Shown: in pieces, positions 1 to 7,145 of the stretch | Numbering within the stretch: position 1 is the stretch's first letter | Layout: every line of letters starts with the position of its first letter | Source of the DNA: a virus | Lineage: Duplodnaviria; Heunggongvirae; Uroviricota; Caudoviricetes | DNA length: 19,111 nucleotides | Virus record (IMG/VR): IMGVR_UViG_3300047558_000092 | Direction: 5' to 3' (one strand) | Program-made: the position numbers and the translations under genes | The notes under the pieces: model-generated | The model's input: only the letters and a program-made list of their open reading frames with translations | Told to the model about the DNA's origin: nothing | Databases searched by the model: none

Positions 1-1
1 T

Positions 2-151
2 TCTAGTGGTGCATCGGGCGGTAATGCCGTTACCAGCTCAAGCACTAGGAAGGATGTTGGCGCTAGTGGCGGCGGCGCTGGCTCATGCACCGTAGGTAAC
101 GGAAACATTACATGGTTGGCAACAGGTACGCGCTATGGCCCAATTAATTAA
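2..151 (+). CDS. Partial (3' end) glycine-rich receptor-binding/adhesin protein, T-even gp38-like C-terminus
   Basis: Frame +2 is open from the window edge: SSGASGGNAVTSSSTRKDVGASGGGAGSCTVGNGNITWLATGTRYGPIN, TAA at 149-151. Gly-rich segments ending in GN-x-x-I-T-W...G-T-R-Y-G resemble the end of gp38-type Gly-rich adhesins. Not in the ORF track because it has no start in the window. Confidence 0.55.
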   Translation, partial: SSGASGGNAVTSSSTRKDVGASGGGAGSCTVGNGNITWLATGTRYGPIN

Positions 152-234
152 GGATATCACATGAACATCAACACGAAATTACTTCTTTTAATTAAGGATA
201 TCACATGAACATTCAACACGAAATTATTTCTTTT
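146..234 (+). repeat. Imperfect tandem duplication (44 nt + 45 nt) of stop codon, RBS and first codons of the next gene
   Basis: 146-189 aattaaggatatcacatgaacat-caacacgaaattacttctttt versus 190-234 aattaaggatatcacatgaacattcaacacgaaattatttctttt: one 1-nt indel and one substitution. Confidence 0.95.
161..208 (+). pseudogene. Frameshifted remnant of the 205..534 gene start (15-aa mini-ORF MNINTKLLLLIKDIT)
   Basis: The first repeat copy keeps SD AAGGA and ATG 161, but the missing T shifts the frame. Its TGA (206-208) overlaps the ATG at 205 (ATGA). Confidence 0.6.
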
Positions 235-534
235 CACGCACCTACAGGCTCAATGCTTGTTCGTTACTTCAGTGACGAGGTTCCTGAAGGTTTGGCCTAT
301 AACATTGACATTCCTCTAGTGAGCGGTACATTCGTTAGTCAAGACGAGATCAATAGTCTTATCGAAGCCATGAAGCCTGTGAGTCAACTTCAGCGTCTTG
401 CTGAGTTACAGGCAGTAGAGATTCCTGAGTTCCTGTCTGCCTTGATTCCTCCAGAACCTGAAGTTGTTGTGGTTGACGAAAGCCAGCCTATCATCCTCGG
501 TGTAGACCCTCTTCCAACTCCTGTAGGTGCCTAA
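205..534 (+). CDS. Hypothetical protein, possibly a fibre/adhesin assembly partner
   Basis: 109-aa ORF with SD AAGGA, directly after the adhesin-like gene. Function is inferred from position only. Confidence 0.6.
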   Translation: MNIQHEIISFHAPTGSMLVRYFSDEVPEGLAYNIDIPLVSGTFVSQDEINSLIEAMKPVSQLQRLAELQAVEIPEFLSALIPPEPEVVVVDESQPIILGVDPLPTPVGA

Positions 535-848
535 TGTTAGATCAAAGTAAACCCGCAATGCCTACCTATTCTTTTAACGTGGAAGGTACTACAGTAAACA
601 CTTTTCATATTGATAAAGCTGGTGAAGGTCATCCAAAGCACGAACATAGTTACGATCATGTCACTCAAGTACATAGTGGAAGACTTCTAGTTACTACAGC
701 TGATATGACTTTTGAAATGACTAAAGATACTAAGCCTATATGTTTTCCAGCTAATGAGTGGCATGAGTTAGAAGCTATTGAAGATAACACAGTTTTTTGT
801 AATATTTTTGGTTTGGGTAAAGATGCTCAAAAACTTTCAGATATGTAA
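534..848 (+). CDS. Cupin-fold (RmlC-like) protein
   Basis: Cupin motif 1 HPKHEHSYDHVTQVHSGRL and motif 2 PANEWHELEAIED; TAATG coupling to the upstream gene. Confidence 0.8.
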   Translation: MLDQSKPAMPTYSFNVEGTTVNTFHIDKAGEGHPKHEHSYDHVTQVHSGRLLVTTADMTFEMTKDTKPICFPANEWHELEAIEDNTVFCNIFGLGKDAQKLSDM

Positions 849-851
849 AGA

Positions 852-1037
852 ACCTACCTTAGGTCCGAAGTCCCTTCGGTTTTAGGCGTCCCTCGAATCT
901 GTTGCGAGGTAACATAGAGGTAACACTCTAGGTAAGCATTGCCAAATGCTTATGCAAAGGATACAGCGTGTTGTTTTGCGGTACTACGAAAAGTGTACTC
1001 TGGAATCGTAACCAGAACTAATTTAAGGAGAGGCTCC
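852..1037 (+). ncRNA. Candidate structured RNA or leader: 7-8 back-to-back hairpins
   Basis: Stems read by eye: 858-886 (core ccgaag/cttcgg), 891-909 cctcg/cgagg, 915-930 tagag/ctcta, 933-952 taagcatt/aatgctta, 954-979 (G.U-rich), 981-998 gtac/gtac, 999-1016 tctgg/ccaga, 1027-1037 ggag/ctcc. G.U pairs favour the + strand. Confidence 0.55.
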
Positions 1038-1763
1038 ATGCCATTAGCTATTTTAGCTGCTGCTAATGCGGCAGTATCAGCTATTCAGCAAGGCTGTGAA
1101 CTCTACAAAGAGTATAAGGGTACAGTCCTAAAAGCTAAAAAGACTTTTGATGAAGTCAAGGGTATTTCTAAAGAGGTTACAAGTGTTTGGAAATTTATCT
1201 GGAATAAATTATTTCCAAGTAAGAAAAAAGAACAGCCTAAAATAGCTGATTTAGCCTTAGACAAAATAGATAGTGAAAATAATAAAGAACGTGAGCCACC
1301 TGACTATGCTCAGATGGATGAACTTTCAATTACTATTGAATTAATAGCCCAACTAAAGATTTTCTTTAGCTGCATGTCTCAGTTACAAGCAAAATTAGCT
1401 GAATCTGAAGCTAAATCGATGGATTCGCAAGGCTACGAAGAATTAATGAGTTCTGCTATTGACATTGAATATGCAATGATAGAGATTCAGAAGTTACAAG
1501 TAACTATTCGAGAGACTATGGTTTATCAAAGTCCTCAAGAGCTAGGGGACTTATATACTAAGGTAGTCAAGCGTGTCGGTGTTATTCAAGAGCAGCAAGA
1601 GTTAGCTCGTATAGAACAAAATAAGAAAGCTGCGTATACAAGATGGCTACGAGAGCAATTTCAAAATCAAATAAAGCTGGAAATAGTTACAGTGTTTCTG
1701 GTAATAGTCTTTCTAGCAGAACTGTGGGCATTATGGATAAGTCTAATAACTCATCGCTGGTAG
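1038..1763 (+). CDS. Coiled-coil membrane protein with hydrophobic N-terminus and C-terminal TM helix; start revised from TTG 939 to ATG 1038
   Basis: SD AAGGAGAGG at 1025-1033. Long helical E/K/Q-rich body; C-terminal IVTVFLVIVFLAELWALWISLI. Confidence 0.7.
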   Translation: MPLAILAAANAAVSAIQQGCELYKEYKGTVLKAKKTFDEVKGISKEVTSVWKFIWNKLFPSKKKEQPKIADLALDKIDSENNKEREPPDYAQMDELSITIELIAQLKIFFSCMSQLQAKLAESEAKSMDSQGYEELMSSAIDIEYAMIEIQKLQVTIRETMVYQSPQELGDLYTKVVKRVGVIQEQQELARIEQNKKAAYTRWLREQFQNQIKLEIVTVFLVIVFLAELWALWISLITHRW

Positions 1764-1978
1764 CTTTAATTGCAGCTGCGACAGTAGTAATCGCGTTATT
1801 CATTTCAGCACCTATTATGTTAGGTATGTACATGGATACAAATAAGAATAATTATGTCGTTGAATCTAAGTCTAAACAAGTGGACATAAAGATTGAAAAG
1901 TTAGATGACATGATTAAGTATAACGAAAAACTTCTCAAAGAGCTTGAGAAAAATAATAAGGAAAATTATGTTAGATAG
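1733..1978 (+). CDS. Small membrane protein, N-terminal TM plus coiled coil (i-spanin-like architecture); start probably ATG 1733
   Basis: MDKSNNSSLVALIAAATVVIALFISAPIMLGMY followed by a K/E-rich heptad segment; overlaps the end of the upstream gene. Confidence 0.6.
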   Translation: MDKSNNSSLVALIAAATVVIALFISAPIMLGMYMDTNKNNYVVESKSKQVDIKIEKLDDMIKYNEKLLKELEKNNKENYVR

Positions 1979-2252
1979 TTATAAGGGCATGACAGCCGAT
2001 CAAATTGAAGTTCGCGTATGGGCTTTCGTAGTTAAAGCAATTACTTCAATGGTATTTTTAATTGCTATGGGTGTTATGTGGGCTATTGCCTTCGAAGACC
2101 AATCTACAGTGTTAGCACCAATCGATGCTATCTTCCTAGAGATTTTAAAAGCTATTGCGTTTATGGGTGTTGGTACATTGGGTGGTATTTCTGGTCGTAA
2201 GGCCGCTGGTGCTATAGCAGAAAAATTAACTGAAGAAAATCCAGAGGCTTAA
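1968..2252 (+). CDS. Two-TM small membrane protein, holin-like; start probably ATG 1968
   Basis: SD AAGGA at 1958-1962. Two hydrophobic helices (VWAFVVKAITSMVFLIAMGVMWAIAF; IFLEILKAIAFMGVGTLGGI) and a charged C-tail. Confidence 0.6.
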   Translation: MLDSYKGMTADQIEVRVWAFVVKAITSMVFLIAMGVMWAIAFEDQSTVLAPIDAIFLEILKAIAFMGVGTLGGISGRKAAGAIAEKLTEENPEA

Positions 2253-2253
2253 T

Positions 2254-2601
2254 ATGGCATTTGAAAAAGGTAAATCAGGTAATCCTAATGGTCGCCCTAA
2301 AAAAGTTAATCCATTAGATAAACCTACAAATCGTGACTTAAAAGAGCGTGAATTAATTATGCTTCTTCGTAAGATTAAGCCACACGTTGCTAAGGCTATC
2401 ACTTCTGCTGCTGAAATTATGCAGAATAAAGAAGCTAGTCATCAGAACCAACTAAAAGCAGCCACTATTTTACTTGACAACTATCGCAGACTTACACTAG
2501 ATGTATATGACAGCGAAGATGCAGAAGAAGTAGAAGGTACAGAGATTCAGCAACATAATGCTCCAATCTTTAGCTTAAAAGTAGTTAACGAAAACACATA
2601 A
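2254..2601 (+). CDS. terS: Terminase small subunit-like protein with DUF5681-type N-terminal motif
   Basis: FEKGKSGNPNGRPK motif, helical body, position immediately upstream of terL. Confidence 0.7.
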   Translation: MAFEKGKSGNPNGRPKKVNPLDKPTNRDLKERELIMLLRKIKPHVAKAITSAAEIMQNKEASHQNQLKAATILLDNYRRLTLDVYDSEDAEEVEGTEIQQHNAPIFSLKVVNENT

Positions 2602-2609
2602 GGAAATAA

Positions 2610-4076
2610 ATGAGTCAAGTAGTTATCGGACCAGCATCCAAAAAGCAAGAGATGTTTTTAAATAGTGATGCCACTATTACATTAGCGGGTGGAGCAGCAG
2701 GTTCAGGTAAAACTTATACTGCTTTACTTATAGCCTTAAAATTTATGCAGCATCCTAGAGCTACGGGGGTTATCTTCCGTAGAACTTCTAAGATGCTAAC
2801 CGCACCCGGTAGTATCTGGCACGAAGCCGTAAACCTTTACACAAGCCTTTACCCAAATCTTCGTATCAGAACCCGCGAACTAGAACTTGTATTCCCTAAT
2901 GGTGCTTTACTCAAGTTCAGTCACATGCAGCATGCAATGAACATGTATGACCATAAAGGTGGTCAATACAGTTTAGTTATTTTTGACGAAGCAACAGACT
3001 TCGAAGAAGAGATGGTTGTGTACTTACTCTCACGTATGCGTAATGCTTACGTAGATTACACACCTCAAATGTTCTTAATGACTAACCCTGATTATAACAG
3101 TTTCTTACGTCATTGGCTTGAAGACTACTATCTAGACCCACAAACAGGCATTCCATTACCAGAGAAGACAGGCGATAAACGTTTCTTCTTCCGTCAAGGT
3201 AATACGATGATTTGGTATGACAGTTTAGCAGAAGCAGAAGCAATTCATGGTAAGGGTGATGAATCTGGTATTAGTTCATTTACGTTTATTGGTGCTACTT
3301 GTCGAGATAACCCTCCACTCTTAAAAGCTCAACCAGATTATATCAGCCGCTTAATGTCCTTACCTCGTGTAGAGAAGGAAAGATTGCTGGATGGGTCATG
3401 GTATGCTCGTATGGAGTCTGCAGGGCTGTTTAAACGCGAATGGTGCGGTTTAGTTGACCTTCCTAATGGCAGGGCCAAGCAGCGCGTTAGAGCGTGGGAT
3501 TTCGCCTTTAGCAAGCCTTCTGAGCAGTATCCTAATCCAGACTGGACTCGTGGTGTATTAATGTCTAAAGATGATGCAAAAGTCTATACAGTTGAAGATG
3601 TTGTATCTTTACGTGACAGAGTACATGAAGTTGAGAAATTAATTTTCCAGACTGCCTTGCACGATGGTCAAGGTGTAATTATTTCAATTCCATTGGACCC
3701 TGCTGCAGCTGCTGGCGCTTACGCCAAGGACTTACAACGCAAATTAGCTGAGATGGGTTTCGTATGCAGACTAACTAAACCAGTGAAGTCTAAGATTACA
3801 CGTTTTGCTCCATTCTCAAGTATTGCTCAAGCTGGATTCGTAAATATCGTAAAAGCTAACTGGAATAAAGACTTCTTCGATGAACTAGAAGTTTTTGATG
3901 GTGACCCTAAGAAAAAGGATGACCAAGTTGACTGCTGTAGTGACTGTATGTTACTTTTGAACAAAGAGCAATCGCTTCCAATATTCTCATTGCCTGATTT
4001 AACAGGTTCTAACCCTTTTGATAGTATGCCAACGCAGTCACTGTCAATGCCTCAATTTACAACTATCGGACTTTAA
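2610..4076 (+). CDS. terL: Terminase large subunit
   Basis: Walker A GGAAGSGKT, Walker B LVIFDEAT, MTNPD coupling motif, nuclease RAWDFA and C-terminal KKDDQVD. Uninterrupted, 488 aa. Confidence 0.95.
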   Translation: MSQVVIGPASKKQEMFLNSDATITLAGGAAGSGKTYTALLIALKFMQHPRATGVIFRRTSKMLTAPGSIWHEAVNLYTSLYPNLRIRTRELELVFPNGALLKFSHMQHAMNMYDHKGGQYSLVIFDEATDFEEEMVVYLLSRMRNAYVDYTPQMFLMTNPDYNSFLRHWLEDYYLDPQTGIPLPEKTGDKRFFFRQGNTMIWYDSLAEAEAIHGKGDESGISSFTFIGATCRDNPPLLKAQPDYISRLMSLPRVEKERLLDGSWYARMESAGLFKREWCGLVDLPNGRAKQRVRAWDFAFSKPSEQYPNPDWTRGVLMSKDDAKVYTVEDVVSLRDRVHEVEKLIFQTALHDGQGVIISIPLDPAAAAGAYAKDLQRKLAEMGFVCRLTKPVKSKITRFAPFSSIAQAGFVNIVKANWNKDFFDELEVFDGDPKKKDDQVDCCSDCMLLLNKEQSLPIFSLPDLTGSNPFDSMPTQSLSMPQFTTIGL

Positions 4077-4091
4077 CTAAGGAGCCTTTGA

Positions 4092-5570
4092 ATGGCACGA
4101 CCAAAGAAACAAGAGACTATTGAAAAAGCCACAATGGGTGACACACCAGAACGATTTAAATTATCAGAAGCTGGTTACTTAGGCTTAAACGTCTATGCTG
4201 GTGTAACTCAGGATGAAATTAAGAAAGAGCTAAACTTTCCAAACAGTATCCAAACGTATAAGCAAATGTCTTATCACGGTACTATTAACTCTGCACTAAC
4301 TCTGTTCGATACACTCGTCAGTAAAGCAGATTGGAAATTTAAAGCCCCTAAGGATGCAACCCCTGCCGAATTAGACCAAGCCAGAGTCATTAACGAAATG
4401 ATGAACGACTTACAAGGTCAGACATGGGCTGATTTTATCAGTGAAGCCCTAAGCTCTAACGTATATGGCTTTTCCGTACACGAGAAGGTCTATCGTAGAC
4501 GCACAAAAGAGAACGGCTCTAAGTATAACGATGGTTTAATCGGTTGGAGAAAACTTCCAATTCGTAATCAAGAAACTATTCAACGCTTTGTCTTCTCAGA
4601 TGACGGTAACGAAATTATCGGTGTACGTCAAGACCTTACACAAGTAAGCGACCCATATAACCGCTACTCACAACGCTCCAACAACGCAGTCGTGCTACCA
4701 CGTAGCAAGATTATGCTATTTAGAGCTGGTAAGCACAAAGGTGACCCTTACGGTAAGTCTCCATTACGTGATGCTTACTTAGCATGGCGTTTCTTATCAG
4801 TGATTGAAGAGATTGAAGCTAACGGTGTAGCAAAAGATTTAGCTGGTCTTCCAGTTCTCAAGTTGCCACCTCAGTATCTAGCTGCCGATGCTTCTCCAGA
4901 CCAGAAAGCTATTCGCGCTTACTACGAAAACGTAATGCGTAACCTTCAGGTTAACCAACAATCTGCACTGATTCTACCACAAGCTTACGACCAAGATACG
5001 CGCCAGCCTTTATTCAGCTTAGAGTTACTCAGCTTGAACGGTAGTAAGGCAATGGACACTAGCAAGATTAAAGAGTATTACAAGAATTTAATTCTTACCT
5101 CTTTATTTGCAGATTTGCTAACTATGGGTCAAACTGGCGGTGGTTCTTTTGCATTAGGTCAAATTAAGAGTTCATTATCTGGCAACGCTGCTGAAGCAAT
5201 GCTCAAGAAAATTACTCAAGTTATTAATGATGACTTAATTCGTCAAACCTACGAACTTAACGGATGGGATACATCTCGTATGGGTTACATGGACTTTGAC
5301 AATATCCAAACAGAAGATTTAGAATCATTCAGTAAAGCTGTCCAACGTTACGCAAGTACAGGTATGCTTGAAATTGACCGCGATGTACTCAACCGTATTC
5401 GTGAATCTGTCGGTATTGATGCTCTTCCAGAAGATGAAGAACCAAACCTAGAAGCAATTCCAGCCAATACCTCTCGTAGTGGTGACGGTTTTGCAACAGC
5501 TGGTGAAGGTACTGCAACCAATCCATCAGGTACTGATACGTCAAGTAATAACTTAGAAAACGCAGGTTAA
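4092..5570 (+). CDS. Portal protein
   Basis: 492 aa directly after terL; GDPYGKSPLRDAY, GFSVHEKVY and GGSFALG motifs typical of DUF935/Mu gp29-like portals; SD AAGGAG. Confidence 0.85.
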   Translation: MARPKKQETIEKATMGDTPERFKLSEAGYLGLNVYAGVTQDEIKKELNFPNSIQTYKQMSYHGTINSALTLFDTLVSKADWKFKAPKDATPAELDQARVINEMMNDLQGQTWADFISEALSSNVYGFSVHEKVYRRRTKENGSKYNDGLIGWRKLPIRNQETIQRFVFSDDGNEIIGVRQDLTQVSDPYNRYSQRSNNAVVLPRSKIMLFRAGKHKGDPYGKSPLRDAYLAWRFLSVIEEIEANGVAKDLAGLPVLKLPPQYLAADASPDQKAIRAYYENVMRNLQVNQQSALILPQAYDQDTRQPLFSLELLSLNGSKAMDTSKIKEYYKNLILTSLFADLLTMGQTGGGSFALGQIKSSLSGNAAEAMLKKITQVINDDLIRQTYELNGWDTSRMGYMDFDNIQTEDLESFSKAVQRYASTGMLEIDRDVLNRIRESVGIDALPEDEEPNLEAIPANTSRSGDGFATAGEGTATNPSGTDTSSNNLENAG

Positions 5571-5582
5571 TTCTAATTACTC

Positions 5583-5611
5583 TTGAATTATGGCTATTTA
5601 TGTGATATAAT
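5583..5611 (+). promoter_or_regulatory. Sigma70-type promoter P1 with extended -10
   Basis: TTGAAT (5583-5588), 17-bp spacer, TG-a-TATAAT (5603-5611). Confidence 0.8.
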
Positions 5612-5620
5612 AGTTCTATA

Positions 5621-5656
5621 AATACCCCGCCTAAACAGCGGGGTTATTCTTGTTTA
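5621..5656 (+). terminator. GC-rich hairpin with imperfect U-tract (terminator or attenuator)
   Basis: accccgc (5624-5630) / gcggggt (5638-5644), followed by tattcttgttt. Confidence 0.6.
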
Positions 5657-5668
5657 TAAGGAGAACGT

Positions 5669-7132
5669 ATGCCGTGGAGCGCAAGCAAAACTATTCCCGC
5701 TGTAGAGGGGAAATCCCTTAAGTTGAGAGAGTTATTTGCAAAAGTAGCCAATGCTGCACTCGCTAAAGGACAAACAGAAGAAGAGGCGATTTTCGCTGGT
5801 TTAGGTGCGATAAAAATTGAAGAAAAGAAGCAACCTGTTAAAAAGGTTACAGCCCCTAAACTTCCTGCACATCTCCAAATATTAAAAGATATCGCAAATA
5901 AGCAAGCCGAATCAGTTGAAAAAGTAAAAGAAGTAAAAACTGACACAACTACTGTAGTTTCAGCCGATATTAACCAAACTGGTCATTTAGTATTACTCAT
6001 GTCTGACGGTACTAGGGTAACCACTAAGAGTCCAATACCTAAGGAAATTGTAGAACAAAACGTAGTTGTTACAAATGACACTGCAGCTTTAGTTGCTACT
6101 CAAGAACCTACAGGCTTTGAAACACGCTCCACTTCTCAGTTAGCTTTTGACGATGAAACTAGGACATTCACTATTTCAGGTTTAAATAACGAATTTTCGT
6201 TGTGGCTACATGCAAAAGAATTTACGAAACAATCTGAATCTATTCAATTACCAGATGTTTCAGGTTTATATTTTATTCATTTTGCTTATCCCGATTGTGA
6301 ATTACATTATACGACTACACCTACCTCTGAGCTATTTTTAGATACGGCATTAGTAGCTTTAGTCTATTGGCAAGCTGAAACACAAGAGCATGTATATTTT
6401 GCCGATGAACGTCACGGGATTGTAATGGATGGTGCTACACATAAGCATCTCCATCTATCATTAGGCGCTCAGTACAGAAAAGGTCTGCGTTTATATAACT
6501 TCTATGTAGATGATACTGGTAACTCAGGTTCACACGCTCAGTTCGCTTGTGATTCTGGACAGATTGCTGATGAAGATTTAGTTATTGACATTATTGATGG
6601 TGACGTTCAGACATTATCTACCGTTTTAAATGCTCCTGTCTATTACAGACATGGTGGTGAAACAGCAAACTGGTATAAAACACCTGTCAGTGCTTATCCG
6701 CTTATCTTACCAACTAATAGCCCTTATTATTTTGCAGGTACGCGACCTGCGTATAGTCACGAAGTGGATGGCTTTTGGTATCTAAGTGAAGTACCTAACA
6801 ATCAATTCGTTCTCGTGCATATTGCAGCAACTAATGATGTAGAGAACCCTGTAGTAGCTATCTTAGGTAATACTTATCAAACCAAATCTGGAGCAAGGGC
6901 TGGAGCGAACACTGAATTCGCCGCTATGTCTGGTTTACCTTTCGCAGAATTTGTCAGACTAGGTACAGTCATTTATCAAGTTTCAAATACTTACACTAAC
7001 GTAACAAAAGCTAGAGTCGTTAGCACTGAAGACGGTGCAGACTACATCGATTATAGGGATACAAGTGCTTGGTCACCTACCTCTTCAGTAATCGTAGACC
7101 AACAACAAAATATCGATGGTGGTATTTATTAA
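5669..7132 (+). CDS. Putative virion structural protein with ChaB/YdaT-like N-terminal helical domain and C-terminal IDGGIY tag
   Basis: SD AAGGAG. N-terminus MPWS...LRELFAKVANAALAKGQTEEEAIFAGLGAIK; a GHLVLLMSDG motif seen in fibre proteins; beta-rich body with ERHGIVMDGATH; ends NIDGGIY. Confidence 0.6.
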   Translation: MPWSASKTIPAVEGKSLKLRELFAKVANAALAKGQTEEEAIFAGLGAIKIEEKKQPVKKVTAPKLPAHLQILKDIANKQAESVEKVKEVKTDTTTVVSADINQTGHLVLLMSDGTRVTTKSPIPKEIVEQNVVVTNDTAALVATQEPTGFETRSTSQLAFDDETRTFTISGLNNEFSLWLHAKEFTKQSESIQLPDVSGLYFIHFAYPDCELHYTTTPTSELFLDTALVALVYWQAETQEHVYFADERHGIVMDGATHKHLHLSLGAQYRKGLRLYNFYVDDTGNSGSHAQFACDSGQIADEDLVIDIIDGDVQTLSTVLNAPVYYRHGGETANWYKTPVSAYPLILPTNSPYYFAGTRPAYSHEVDGFWYLSEVPNNQFVLVHIAATNDVENPVVAILGNTYQTKSGARAGANTEFAAMSGLPFAEFVRLGTVIYQVSNTYTNVTKARVVSTEDGADYIDYRDTSAWSPTSSVIVDQQQNIDGGIY

Positions 7133-7145
7133 TTAAGGACGCATA

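Noticed and set aside
939-1037. N-terminal extension of the ORF from TTG 939 (MPNAYAKDTACCF...)
   Set aside because: No SD at 939, atypical composition, overlaps the hairpin array; a strong SD precedes ATG 1038.
1643-1732. Upstream ATG 1643 for the second membrane gene
   Set aside because: Would give a 121-nt overlap with a low-information S/N-rich extension; ATG 1733 gives a normal short overlap. The exact start remains uncertain.
1733-1978. Embedded Rz1-like o-spanin
   Set aside because: No open alternative frame with a signal peptide and lipobox Cys was found by eye.
2610-5570. Intron, intein or homing endonuclease in terL or portal
   Set aside because: Both ORFs are continuous and of normal length, with no LAGLIDADG, HNH or intein motifs.
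5617-5624. T4 late promoter consensus TATAAATA
   Set aside because: Not seen at other gene starts in the window, AT-rich context, and sigma70-type promoters already explain these regions.
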